The translations under genes were made by a program, and so were the position numbers. The notes under the pieces are model-generated. The model searched no databases, was not told where the DNA came from, and saw nothing but the letters and a program-made list of their open reading frames with translations. A stretch of DNA of 64,000 nt from Lama glama (taxonomy: Eukaryota): NCBI GenBank assembly GCA_028534125.1, contig CM052825.1, positions 620,001 through 684,000 of the forward strand, written 5' to 3'. Shown here piece by piece: positions 1-13,187 of the stretch. Numbering within the stretch: position 1 is the first letter of the stretch; each line of letters begins with the position of its first letter.

Positions 1-1339
1 GAGTGCGGAAGAGAAGTGGGGTAGCAACCACTGGGAAACAAGATGGGGAGAGGCAGGGCTGGTCTCTGCAGCCTTGGGGCAGGCTTGGGGCTCAGGAGTG
101 TCTCTGGGGTCACAGGTGCAGGATGACAGGTAGGAGCATCCTGCAGGAGTCTCCCAGTCCCTGGACAGGGCAGGAGCCCCCGCCGCCGTCCCCAGAACAC
201 CAGCTGCCCTGCCACCTGGGCAGGTGGACACTTCCCGACGTGACCGCCTCTCCTGCCAGACCCAGTGCTGCTCTGCAGTTCTCGGGGTGCCAGTGGGTGC
301 AGCCTCTGCTCTGCTTTGTCTGCACTGTGCAAGAGAATGACCGAAAGTGGAGGAAAAGTGGGGCCTCTGAGCTCACGCCCAGCACTTGAAGCCCAGCACG
401 TGACTGGTAGTTGACACGTAAGAGCTACTAGTAGCTCATGAAGCAAAGTGTGTCAGTTCTGTGGCTGTGATCTGCCCGTGAACAAAAACTCAGGCAGGTT
501 TTTAACCTAAAGCCCAGCGCAGCCGACAGCTCAGACCCTCACAGCCCCCTTGGGCCTGGCGAGCCGCTGCACAAGCACGTGGGCCCATGAAGGAAAATTC
601 TGAGCAGATTTACTCCGTGTGACGCTTTCCCAAGAATCAAGCCATTCTTTGCCCAGGGCAGGCAACCCCTTGTGGCCGCTCTGCTCCCTCCTCCACCTCA
701 GCTGCGTGTGCGCCCCTCTCTACCGCGGAGGGCCAACAGTTCCTAGTTCCTGCAGACACCTGCGCAGTAGGAGTCCTCCAGGCTGAACCTGTGGTCCACC
801 AGGATGGGTCTGGACCCCAGGGAGGGGCAGGGGCAGCAGGGGACCTGCCTTCTTGCCACCAGTGGGTGGGGCCATCCACCCTGTGTGCCAGCCCTTTCAG
901 ACTCAACCGTTACTGCCCAAAACTGGCTGTGAGCAGAGAGGGAGGGGCTGGGCAGGGGGTGAGGGGGATGTCGTGAGGCTCCCACCCGCACGCGCGCACA
1001 CTGGCTGGCTGCAGACAGACGGGGAGGCCAGGGGTGGCTCAGCTGCCGGGCTCCTTGTTGGCACCAGTTGTGGGGCACAGAGTGAGGCAGGGGAAGCGGA
1101 GGCCCTGAAAGCCAGGCTAGGACGGGAGATGCTCGGGAGCGTAAGGTCATGTGGATGGGGCGGGACCCTCCTCAGGCTGCAGCTCCCACGCCCTCTGCCC
1201 ATGGAGGGGCTTTGAAATGAGAATGGGGGGGAACGTCCAGGGCAGACCCCAGGGCCCATGGACACCCTCAGAGCTGGGTGAGGCCACAGCGGTGGGCTGG
1301 AGGGAAGGCACTCACTCTGCGCTCTCCCCACAGCCCGCC

Positions 1340-2341
1340 ATGTGGAGCTGCGGCCCTCTCAACGGCACGGGCGGGGGTGAGGACCAGCTCCTGTGCCCGC
1401 ACGTCCAGCGGGCCCTGTCCGCCCTGTCCCTGCTCCACCTGGTGGTCGGTGTCCCGGTGGGCCTGGGCTACAACGCGCTGCTGCTCGCGGTCAACCTGCA
1501 GGACCAGGGCAGCATGACCATGCCTGATGTCTACTTCGCCAACATGGCCGTGGCGGGCCTGGTCCTCAGCGCTCTGGCGCCCGTGCACCTGCTGGGCCCT
1601 GGTGCCTCCGGGTGGGCCCTGTGGGACCTGGGCAGCGCGGTCCACATCACGCTGCTCGTGCTGTTCAATGTGTCCTCACTGGTGACCCTGTACTCCACTG
1701 CCCTGCTCAGCCTGGACTGCTACATTGAGCGGGCCCTGCCGCGCACCTATATGTCCAGTGTCTACAACAGCAGGCACGTGTGTGGCTTCGTCTGGGGCGG
1801 GGCGCTGCTCACCAGCTTCTCCTCCCTGCTCTTCTACATCTGCGGCCACGTGGCAGCCAGGCTCGCGGAATGCGCCAGGATGCAGGACACCGAGGCCGCC
1901 GACGCCATCCTGGTGCTCACCGGGTACCTGGTGCCCGGCCTGGCCGTGCTCTATGCACTCGTGCTCCTCTCACGAGTCCGGAAGGCGGACACGCCGCTTG
2001 ACCAGGACGCGGGGTGGCTGGACCCCTCGGTGCACAGGCTCCTGGTGGCCACTGTGTGTGTGCAGTTTGGGCTCTGGACGCCTCACTACCTGACCCTCCT
2101 GGGGCACACGATCCTGGCTGCGCGGGGCAAGCCCCTGGATGGGCACCACCTGCGGATGCTGCGCTTTGCCAAGGACCTGTCACGGTCCCTGGCCTTCGCC
2201 AGCAGCTCAGTGGTGCCGCTGCTTTACCGCTACATCAACAGAAACTTCCCCGGCAAGCTCCGGCGGCTGCTGAAGAAGGTGCACCGTGGGCAGCAGGGCT
2301 GCGCCCTAGACCAGGCGGGGCCGCAGCAGGCGATGGCGTAG
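1340..2341 (+). CDS. GPR146: G protein-coupled receptor 146 (333 aa, single coding exon)
   Basis: ATG at 1340 in cccgccATG, just after a splice acceptor (ctctccccacAG, exon starts 1334). The protein [10 protein letters not shown]...GLGYNALL...[16 protein letters not shown]...[47 protein letters not shown]...PLLYRY is recognisably GPR146, with 7 hydrophobic segments. Confidence 0.96.
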   Translation: MWSCGPLNGTGGGEDQLLCPHVQRALSALSLLHLVVGVPVGLGYNALLLAVNLQDQGSMTMPDVYFANMAVAGLVLSALAPVHLLGPGASGWALWDLGSAVHITLLVLFNVSSLVTLYSTALLSLDCYIERALPRTYMSSVYNSRHVCGFVWGGALLTSFSSLLFYICGHVAARLAECARMQDTEAADAILVLTGYLVPGLAVLYALVLLSRVRKADTPLDQDAGWLDPSVHRLLVATVCVQFGLWTPHYLTLLGHTILAARGKPLDGHHLRMLRFAKDLSRSLAFASSSVVPLLYRYINRNFPGKLRRLLKKVHRGQQGCALDQAGPQQAMA

Positions 2342-2740
2342 ACGGCCTGTCCAAGGCCTGCGCACAGCTGGAGACTCAGTGCGGGGAGCGCACCACCCGT
2401 CTCAGGAGACCCCCAGGAGACGCGCTGAGAGAGAACCAAGAACAGCAGGGGGCGTGTTCCTTGAAGTTTTCTGTTTTCCCACAGAAGGCCATGGCCCTTG
2501 GGTGGGGGTGAGCAGCGTCCAGGACGCCCCGCTGCTCCTGGGGTGTGTTTTCCTCCTGACACACACGGCTCGGGTCGGCGCCCTCGACAACCTGCTCGCC
2601 CTCAGCCTTACACAGGGCTTTCCAATGAAGTGATGAATATCTAAAGTCAGTATTTATACATTGCATTGTTCAAATATTTGATTCCTCCCTCTTATCTTCT
2701 TGTTTATGAAAATTGACGTCTGGTGGGAAAATCACAAGGT

Positions 2741-2746
2741 ATTAAA
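2741..2746 (+). terminator. candidate GPR146 polyadenylation signal (ATTAAA)
   Basis: ATTAAA at the end of an AT-rich 3' UTR block ~400 nt after the stop. An alternative AATAAA lies at 3989-3994. Confidence 0.45.
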
Positions 2747-5700
2747 ATGAAGGAAACAATACATGCACACCTGGGGGTGGGGGGGCTGGAGCTGGTGGGC
2801 CCTGCAGAGGTAGTGGTAAGGGGAGGGTCAGATAGGGAAGCGGGAGGCGGTGCCCGGCCCCTACTACCCCCAGGTGCGCCCTCAGAGCACCTCCCAGGGC
2901 TCTGAGTACAGGTCTGCGAGGGTTTTAACCTGACGCCAAAGCTGGAAGGGCCCGCCCTCAGGACAGAGGGTCTGTAGACGGGGCCCACAGGTGGTAAGAA
3001 CGGACGGAGACTGGTGTGCAGCCACCAGGTCTCGGTTGCTCTGCGCTCGGGGACATGAGGACACTCCTGGACTGGATGCAGCTGCTCTGGCACCAGCCAG
3101 GTGCGCACAGGTGCGGTGCGGGAACACGCAACCCTTCCTCCCACGGTCCCAGCCCAGCATAGGGGTCCCGCCCACCCCGCTCCCTCCTTTAAAAACACCA
3201 AAGAGACGCTTCCTCCACCCCAAGTGTTGATGAAATTACGGCCCACGACCTTCTAATCCTCAGTTCTGAAACCCTTAAAAGCTCTAAAAACAGTTTTCTC
3301 AAGTTCATAGCAGACTCCTTTGGCAGCAAGCCCTGCCCGGAGCCTGCAGGCGGCGCGTTTCCGAGGGAAGAGCCGAGCGGTGACCCTGCCCCCCGGCCCC
3401 GCGCCTCCCGCCCCCCGGCGCCCCTCCCCTCCCTCCGTGCCCCCCACCCGCTCCGTGCTCCGTGATCGCAGTTCCCGCAGCACCTGTACCTCCGACAACC
3501 TGAAAACTCGTGCATTCTGACCCATCGGCCGGGGATGAGTGCAGCCCCACTTCTGAGGCTTCTACTGGGGCCTGGCCTCCCGGGAGGGTCAGTTACTTTT
3601 CTGCAGAGGCTGCCAGCTCAGAATCCCAGAAACACACCAGGCGCCGGGCTGGCCCCTTGCAGTCCACGCGGGGCGCAGACCCTGAAGAGGTTTCTGCGTC
3701 GTGCCGGTCGGTGAAGGGCTCTTTATGCTCAAGAGCACAGCCACCTCTCTGCCGCTCCAGGTCCCCAGAGCGGCTGGGGGCACGACTCTTCAACCCTGAC
3801 AGTCTCAGGCCTGACCGCCCCCACTCAGACCTGCCCCGAGGGCCGTGTGTCTTGGAGGAGCCACACCAGGGCCGGTCCGCGCCTGTGACTCCCCTCGGAT
3901 GCCCTGGAGTTGGCTAAGGGGGTGACAGGGCCACCCTGCAGGGTCCCTGGCACAGCACTGTCACTAGGGGAGGGCGCCTCAGGTTTAAAATAAAAGACCC
4001 TCCCCTTCTTCATCCTTTCCAGTCTCCGCTCCAGTACAGAGAGTGCCTGGGGTGGGGTCCACCTGGGCCCTTGGTCCCTGGCCCCCGGCCCAGCCTATCT
4101 TGCCCGAAGAGCCAAAGGGGCCTCAAATCACTTTTTTTTTCCTTTTCCGTTTCAGTGGCCTTGGTTACAAGCTGGCTGGTCTCTGGGGCCTCCAGGGGTG
4201 GGGTGGGGTCCCGCCCAGGCAGCTACATGTTTCTGTTCCTCCCCCGTGGCAGTGTCCACCTCTGGGGGCAGCAGGCCCCATGGACAGCACTTCCTGCCGC
4301 TGGATCGGGGTCCCCGGTGCAGAACCCCGCACCGTGGGAGGTTCAAGCTCCCCTACACAGAACCTCCTCTCAGTCCGCGTCTGCCCATTCTGTTTTTATT
4401 TTTTTTCTTGAGTGTTTTTGTTGCCCAACGTTCTTGTGTGGCATTCGCCTCCATCCTTTCCCGGCCACTCTGTTATGCCCCACAGCCAGCACTTCAGCCG
4501 TGGACGGATCTTGGGCTGTTCAGAAGAGACTGAGGAGCTCTTTGGAAAGAGCTGAGGTGGACTGTGAACTCAGCCCTGTTTTTGTTTTCATTTGAACAAT
4601 CCTGTATTTCTTCAAATGTGTTTGCAAGATACCAGAATATAAGCTTTTCAGTACAGTCCCAAGGTCCTTAGTTTTGCTATTGACACTTCACTATAATTCT
4701 AATATCAATGCTCTTATTTTTGTTGATAAACAAAAGCTCACCTACTTCACTACACTTCGTTATTTAAGATCCCAAAAGGTGCCTTTAACCTTGAGTTTCC
4801 TTCACGAAGGCTACAAAGGTCACTGCAGGATCCTGGATCTGCTAACTGGCAGACACATCAAGAAGTCAAACATTTGTTCCTTTGTAAGAACCTCCGGACA
4901 AAGGACCAACAGGAGTAAGTCATCAAGAGGTTAAATTACAAGTCAAGTTCTTGAATTTAAAATCCGTCAGGATTTTTGGGGGCTTTCTTATTTCTAATCC
5001 GTTACATCGGCCCGGGTGGCCTGAAGTCCTACACATGCATCTGAGGGAGACACTGAAGAAAAACCCACACTGGAAGGCCAGGAAGTCGTCTGAGCCTCAC
5101 TGTCGGATCTCTGAACCATCACGTGTGATCTGCAGGGTGTGTGACGTGTACCAGAAACCGGCACAAAAAGTACCACAAGATGGCCCCTCCCCTCGTGACT
5201 TAAACCCCAGCATCTTGGCTACTTCTCTGGGGGACCCCTGCACTCGGTACAGCTGGCCCCAAATGTCAATGGGCTGGATGGCGGGGTCCCCGGACGGCGG
5301 GCACTTCCAGCAGCAGCCACGCAGGAGCCACGCCAGTGGGCGGATCCTGGGCTGGGCCGGCTCGTCACACGTGGAGTCCCCCCTGCCCCCCCCGAGCCCC
5401 AGGCCCCTTCGTCGCTGCAGCTCTGTCAGAGTCTGTCACGGGCACATGACCCTCCAAGAGGACGGACACTGCCTGGCCACACTCAGGGCTCCGGGGAGGA
5501 CAGGGCCGAGGGTGTCCGGTGGTCCCGGCCACTCAGCCCTGCATGGCAAGCACTCCGCCAGACTGCGCGAAGCGCGCGCATGGAAGGCGGGTCTGAGCAG
5601 CTTGCGTTCATGTTCCCCTCCTCAGCCTCCCTCCCTGAGCAGACCCCACTTCGGGGACAGAGCCCAAGACTTAGACCCAAACCCCAGCTGCCTGTCAACA

Positions 5701-8700
5701 TAGGTGAGGTTATTTTCCAAGGAACCACTTACTGCAAACAGAAGTGGAGACCAGTAAGAGGAGCCCCCGTGTCACCCAGTTACCGGCACACCTGCAACAG
5801 CACCACCCCGACCCCACTGGGAACTGGACCTGTGACGTAACTTCCCTGGGAGCCTGCTCCTCGCCAGGCCGGGGGCCCTCTGGAGGCCTGCCTGAGGCCA
5901 CTGTCTTCAGCCACAGGGTCCCAGCCCCCTGGTCTCCACCACCTGGAGCCAGACCCGCCCCCTGGTAACCCCACTGGTGGTGCTGCGTCTGCCTCTGAAT
6001 GACCCCCTTCCCTGTGCTGGCTGGCCCTTTACAGACCCAAAGACACGACCAACCACGTGAGCCCCCCGTTCATCCAGCACTTAAACCAGACACACTCAGC
6101 ACCAAGTGTGTTCAAACCCTTGGTCTCCCTGCCACGAGCAGATGTGGAATGGACAGCACCAGCACCCCCAGGTGACCTGGCTGATGCGTGGAGAGCCAGA
6201 GCCGAGGAGAAACCCAGGCCTGCCCGGCTGGAGAGCCCGCCCAAGCCCCCTCCTCCTCCCTGGGCTCCTCTGACCCTGCGTCCTCTTCAGGTGCTCGGCC
6301 CAGGACTGAACTGATTCCAGGCTGTTCTGGACGCCGGGAGGTGACCCCTCGACTCCCTCCCTCCCTCTGAGGACAGGCCAATGCCTTGGTGGGCGGACTT
6401 GCCCTCACAGACCCCCAGACCTTCTGCCTGCAGCAGCCCCGATGTGCATGTGGCTTTGTTCGAGCACGGGATTAAGTCCCAGGAGGAGAACGTGCCTGTG
6501 TTGGCCAGAGAGTAGGGGGCGCCCAGAAACTGCACCCTCATCCCCAGAGGACATGGAGCATCACGGCTCTGGGAACTGAGGGGCTGATTACGTGTCCCAG
6601 TTTCGAAGAGAAACCCCTTGCCTGGCTCGGGGTACAGCTGCCACCTGCTGTGTGACCGGGGGGGTTCTGAGCCTGTCTGTGCCCCTGCCCCCCTGGAGAC
6701 GGGGGAGCAGGAGGCCGAGCATCAGCCCCTGGAGGTGCTGACACGCCTGAGCAATAGTTGCGTTTCTCACCAGGCCTCCCTGCGTGGACCCCACGAGGGT
6801 CCCTGCTCCACACGAGGGCACCTGGGGGAGGGGCGCCCGAGCTGCCATGGGAAACAGACGCGGCCTGAGCGACCTCCAGGCGCAGAAGGACTCAGCCATT
6901 GGCGGAAGAGATGTGATCACAGAGCTGACCTGCGAAGGGCAGGCGGGTGAGCGGAGAGGACCCTCTAGGACAAGGGAATCAACACTGGCTTTTGGGTGAT
7001 GAGACACCCCGTGCGTCAGGAACTAGCCCCAGGCCGAGCCGTGCAGAGGCTGGAGCTCAAGGGAGGGAGGTGGGGAGGGTCATGTCCACGAGGTTCTAGC
7101 ACTGCACCCCAGACCCAGCACCCTGCCACCCTGAGACGTGAGGGGAGGGCGCCCCTTTTCACAGAACGGAGTTCAAAGTGTAGGGCCCAGCCCAGGACCC
7201 GGCTCGGCCTTGGCTGGCGTGTGGATGCGACTGAGTTCTGCAGGACTCGGGGATGCGGGTGAGCCGAAGCCCCGGGGGACGCCGGCCAAGGGTCCTGAGT
7301 GGTGAGGCCGCAGCCCCTCCCAGCACAGGTCACGGGGTGCGGGGTGGGGGCTGAGGACCAGGGGAGCAGGAGAGGGCTGGCGAGCGGCGACCGGAGGGGC
7401 AGGGCTCCTCATCCAGGTCACACCCGAGGAGGGGCGTCCACAGCCCTTCCCTGCCTTACTTAACCAGGGAGCCTTCAGCGCAGCACCTCAGGCTCCTTAC
7501 GGCACGAGTCTGAGCGACACTATAGCGCAGGATGGGAGGAGTCTGGGGCCCCAGCCCCGCTGGGGCAGAGCCGACACCCTGGTGCTCACTTGGGGCCGCA
7601 CGTTTCCAGGCCAAGGCTCAGGCACTGTGCAGAACGGAGGCGGCGTGGGGTGGAACAGGGAGCAGCCAGGGGGAGCTTCCCTCTCAGTCGGGGCCGCCTG
7701 CACAGCGGCCACCTGCAGTGGCCACTTAGAACCGGGCACTTCCTCCCGGTGTGTGGACAGCTTAGCTGTTTCCTAGGCAAGGGGGCAGGGCTGCTTCGAA
7801 ACCGCCTGCCACTGCTGTCACTGACCCTGTGAAATAAGACGCTGGCAGACAAGTGGCTGTGCGCGTCTAGGCTCTAAGCAGGATAACGGGCGACTCAGCG
7901 GGGCCGTCCAGCCTCGGGAGCAGGCGCACGCGGGGCTCCCTCCAGCGGCCACCGTGCGCCTGTGCGCTCAGGCCGGCGCCCAGGGCCTGGAGAGCCCCGG
8001 ACCCCCTGCCCGGAGAGGTGGGGAGCCCCAAACAGACAGGCCCCACAGCTGACATGGCCAAGGACACTCGCAGACCCATGCAAGGCCTTTGCCCTCCAAA
8101 CCTCGAGCCCCTCATCCCCAGCAGCCCCTGCACCGCAGCCCTCCTTCCCGGCACAACTGGGAGGCCCTGCCCCTGCGGCCCACACTTCTTCCGCCCTCCC
8201 AGCCTCAGGCAGGCCTCTGCCGCCGCCTCACGTTTGGCTAAATGTCCTCTGACTTTCCGAACTGGGTGATCATACAGTCGGGGCCCCCGAACAGGTACAG
8301 GCCTTGGAGGACTGTACAGGAACCGCTGTCACAAAACCAGCCCCTCAGGAACCCGCAGCCACCTGCCACTGCAGTCCCCAACGCCCCTCGGGTCTCACGA
8401 TCAGACGAGGAAACTTCTACAGGCGCGTCACGGTCCCAAGACTGAATAATGCTTGGGAAAACCGCCAGTCTCCACGGTGCTGCCCTGGGGTCCTGGCACC
8501 CGCCCCCTTCAGGATGTCCCTAAAGTGCCTTGTGGTGATGGCTGCCCAAGCCCGTGAGTTTCCTAAGCAACACTGAACTGTACTTTAAGACAGGTGAGTG
8601 ATGTGGTATAAAACACACTCTGAATAAAGCGGCTCCTCTACACGCAGAGGCGTCTTGGTGTCAAGGCAGGAAATGACAGCACCACCCCCGCCCTGGCGTC

Positions 8701-11700
8701 CGCTCCCCTGCCCTGTCTGTGGGTTTGAACAGGAAGTCTGACCGCTGGGCTCACCAGAAGGACAGTGCGTCCCGGAAAGGGGCAGTGGGGGGGAGCCACT
8801 CCCCTCGATCCAGCTGTCACCAGTCTCCTGGCCTCCTCAGCATGAGGCTGGGGACACACAGAGAAGCAAGGCAGTGGGCAGTGATCTGGGGCGCGACTGA
8901 CATGACGACCAACGCTGGTCGGACGGCCCACCCCCCAGGCGGACAGGTCGGGAGGTGGGGGGTCAGGTGTCCTGTGCTTCGTGGGTGGGAGGGGGGTGTG
9001 ACACTCCAGGCGTCAGGTGCACAGAGCACCCCCTGCTCCCGCCTCCCGGCTGGTGACTTCACCAGCTCCCACATGTGTGCCGAGGCGGTTGGGCCGCTGT
9101 GTGTTGGGGAGGGCGGACGCTGCAGGCCAGGAGGGAGGAGACGTGGCTTTCCGTCCAGGGAGCCCTGCTTCCTGCCCCCAACCCAGCCCAGAGCAGGCGG
9201 CCTCGGGGCACAGACGACCCAAGTGGGGAGGCAGGTCAGACCTGTGGACACAGAAGACGCCAGCGCCCGGTGGGATGGGTGGGTGGCCTGGTGCTCACAG
9301 AAGGAGCCCCAGCAGTAAACGGACGGTGCGCCGAGGGGCTCCAGGCAGGCCCCGGGAACGGACAAGGGCAGGCCTTCTATGGGCGGGAGGTCACCTTGTC
9401 CACCAAAAAGCCCCTGACCTTCTGTCCTCACACTCGGAGCCGTCAGCTCATTTACTGCTTAAACAGCTGCTCTGAACACGGGCGCCGTCACCGCCATCCT
9501 GCAGGGGGCGGCCGCTGCCCCCTGGAACCAGAGACTTGCCCTAGGGCCTCCCGACCCTGTGGGAGACTGGAGGTTCCGGGGAGATGGGCCTGTGGCTCTT
9601 CCAGGCGCTCAGAAACTTCCCCGCAAGGCTGGAAGGGTTCACAGGGAAGCCAGTTTTGCTAAGTCAGGCCTCTTGGATGGAAAAACCCCAGGGGCTGAGC
9701 TCGCAGGCGTGGAAGGCAGGCCAGCCCCCAAAGTGCAAGGCGGGGCTGCTCCTCCTGGGGGCCTGTCCTTCCTCCTGGGGAGCAGCAGCGGCCAGGGGAC
9801 CGGGCCCTCCCCCTGCAGCCCGCCTGCTCCGCCACTTCGAGGGGCCTTACAACAGTGAGCAGCTCCGTCACCTGCTCCCGACAGGAGGCACAGGGTGGAG
9901 GCCCACGGCCACCAGCTTCCAGCGCAGAGCAAGGCCCAGAGCTGCGGGACCTGGCTCAGACCCAGCGCGCCTTTTTTTTTTCTTTTTTTTTGCATTTCAT
10001 ATGTTACCCAGTTTCACATTCTCACGGGATCAGCGACTACAACAGCCACCTTGTCTCCCATGTCTGGAAACGGCAAGACAGCCACAGCTGCAGCCAAAGG
10101 CAAAGCGCTGACATGCTCATGGAACAAAAAAGATGCACAACTTTTCCTTCATTTTTCTTAAACTCACGGCCGCCGCTAAGGCTCACTGCTGGAGAACGGA
10201 AACCCTCTTCCTCTTCATGCCTCAAACTCAACGGTAAACTTACCTGACAGGGTGGGCAGGTCTCTTCAATAATCAACTGCACACGCACACACAAAAAAAA
10301 CCCTTTATGATGCGTAAGTACCTTGTCATATGAGGTACAAAACTACTTTCACTTTTTGGTTGGTTTGAAGTTTGGAAAGAACGCGGGGCCACGGCAGGGG
10401 TGGGGTGGGCCATGGAGGGAAGCAAAACGGGCGGAGGGAGGGCTTTCTGAACGGCTGTTGGCCCATCTGAGGAGGCGGCGGCGGAGCCCACTCTGAAATG
10501 ACCGGGGCAGGGGCCCGTGAGCCTCTCCCGCTCTGCGCTTGGCGGCTCAGGGTCCTGCACGGGGCTCCGGGTGACAAGCGACCTGCTCGCCAGCTCTCCT
10601 CCCGCGCAGCCCACACTCGCTGTCAGGACTGGGTCCTTCCCTGGGCTTGCAGGCTCGGGACGCCAGTGGCGGGTGGCTGGCCACGGGGTCTCACAGCATA
10701 GCACCTCGTCGCCCGAAAGCCCGAGGAGACCCAGGATGACGACACAGGCAGAGGCCCAGCTCCTCACCAAGCGCTGCGTGCCTCCCCCGCCTCCCCACAC
10801 CCAGTGGTCCTCAAACGTCTGCGAGGCTTACCCCTGCAAGCACGCTCCAAAGCCGTGCTTGGACCCGGGGCTCTGGGAACGGGGTCCCCAGTCTCATCAT
10901 CACACATCACAGGACAGCGTGGGCAGCACAGCTGTAAGAGACGTTCAAACACCAGGGCCCCCAGCAAAGCCCACCTGAGGCCCTGGGGGCGTCCTTCACC
11001 GCCCTGGGGCCTCCGTGGGCTTCCCACGGTGCTCCCATGGGACATGCATGCTGTCAGGGACCCCAGACAAACTGGGTACCGCACAGGAAGACCCTCAGAG
11101 TTGGGGGCCCACTCTTGGGGGTTGGGTTACCCTGTCCTTGGTTACTCCCTCCAAAACTCTTCCCTGCCAGCTGCCCAGCCCACTCGGGGAGGTGGGGCGA
11201 GGAGGACCCCACGCAGAAAGAAGGGTGCTTTGGAACAGCCCCCTCCCCCGTCCCCTGAAACGGCGCCCATCTGGGCCAGGCCAGGCCCGCAGGGCGGCAG
11301 GGAGGGGTCCCGGGCTCCACGTTCAGGACCCCCATTACCTGGCGTCCACTGGCTGTCACAGGGCAGAGGGAGACCCTGGGCACCCTGAGGGGAAGGGCAG
11401 ACAGGTGGCGAGCACAGTCCCCTGTGCTGGGTGTGGGGCTTTGGGTCCCGTTTTAAGCTGCAGACGTTGCCAGCTTTCTGGGAGGGGCTGTCCTGTGGAC
11501 GAGCCAGCGTGTGGAGCGTGCAGGAAACCACTGGCCCAGGCACACACACTACTTTTTCTGTCTGCAACTTGAAGCCAGCTCCCTTCTAGGTCAATTTGGG
11601 TTTTTCTGGGTCACGTGGCCAAACCAAGTTTGCTTAAAATGCAGCGTGTGGTTTGAATGACTTAAGAGTGAATTCCTGTTTTCCTTCCAGTAAGCACAGA

Positions 11701-13000
11701 GCCCGGAAGGCAGGGTGAGCCCAGGGGCGGGAAGACGGTGCTGGACGGTGCAGCCTCAGAGGAGCGGGAGCTGGGTACCCCCGCAGGTGAGCCACCACCC
11801 CCCCCCTCTGGTCGCCTGTCTGCTTTCCAAGCCCTGGCTCTCAGCGTTCAGAGTGAGCCGGTAGACTGGAGCCAGCTTCTCTGAAAACGAAAGTCTGTCT
11901 CTGCTCGAAGTGGGTCCCAGTGGCAAAGAAAACAATCTGAAGTGAGCAGACTTCTCATCCCTGTCCCTGAGGGCAGGCGAGCAGAGGCCGCAGCTCTGTG
12001 TCCTGTAGACGAGGGAGGAAGCTGTCAGAAAGCAGCCAGCGCTGACTGGGTGTTGGGTTTTCCTTCCACGCAGAGGACTGGGCATGAGCCCTGCACAGGG
12101 AGGCCCCTTCCCGGCGGCGGCGGGGCTGCTCCGTGTGCCGGGGACGGGCACTCAGTGTGAGGAGGGCGGGAGGGAGCTGACCCACGCCCCACGTGCCAGG
12201 CTCACCTTGTCATGAAGCTGCTGGGTGGTAAACAGCCCGTCCGGGCGCCTGCTGTCACAGACCGGGAAGTGAGGCCCTGGGCGTCCCCTCGCAGCCAGGC
12301 CTTCAGCAACTCGGGTCGGGCTGGGCCTGGGCGGCGGCTCACCCAGTCCGCATGGACCTTGATTTAAGGCCTGGGGCCTCCCGTCGGCTGCCCCGTCAGC
12401 TCGGGAGAGGCCCGAGTGGTGACCGCAGGGCGGAGGAGTTCCCAGCAGCAGAGCCAGACGGGACTCGAGGTGGTGCTGGGAGGGCCAGGGAACATGTGGC
12501 GGCCCTGCCGGGAGGCACTGACCACAGTGGCCAAGGCTGGGCCCCTCAGGCGAGACCACAACCTGAAGCACACACTCTAGGACGCCGCTGTCAGACACGG
12601 TCCCCTGGCTGGCACAGGAGGGCAGCATGGCCTGCCCGCACCCCCATCAAGACAGTGTACACGTGCTGTTAAACGTGCAGGGTGCGGGGCGGGCGGGGGG
12701 TGTCAGTGGCACTACGGTAATTATGGCAACGACGCATCCGTGTGGAAGCGGGGAAATGCGAAATGGAGCGAGTGGCCCCGCTGGACCTGGAGCTCGCTCA
12801 CAACAATACAGGTCTGACCAGAGAGCACCGAGTGCAGGGGAGGGCGGCCACGAGACGGCGGGACGCAGCCAGGTCTGGACGCCGGGGCTGGGAGGGGCTG
12901 CAAGGACCACCCACACCCACTGTGGACCCCTGGGGCCACGGGGACCGGCCCTTCTAACTCCGGTGAGGCAGAACCCGCTTCCTAGAGCCACTCTGAAAAC

Positions 13001-13187
13001 TATTTAAGGAGCTGCAGCAGAGAACACAATGTTCTCGAGGCTCTGGCCCTGGGAGTCCCCTGGGAGGCTGGACCTTGGCAGCCCTTTTGTGTAGTTGAGG
13101 AAGGGCCCCAGAAGCCCTGGTCCTTGGCCTGAAACTGGCACCAGAACAAGATGGAGGCCTGTCCTCCCAGGAAACCCTGAGCCTCAG
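13001..13187 (+). promoter_or_regulatory. candidate TATA-like box and non-coding first exon for the orphan 7TM gene
   Basis: TATTTAA at 13001 and a consensus donor CAG|GTAAGA at 13187/13188, 2.15 kb upstream of the acceptor at 15338. Motif evidence only. Confidence 0.3.

Noticed and set aside
1-1333. MIR339 and GPR146 upstream exon(s), expected from synteny
   Set aside because: No matching hairpin or convincing exon seen; these probably lie left of the window.
1151-1339. 63-aa N-terminal extension of the GPR146 ORF
   Set aside because: Almost all of it lies upstream of the splice acceptor at 1333, so it is intronic. The known protein starts MWSC.
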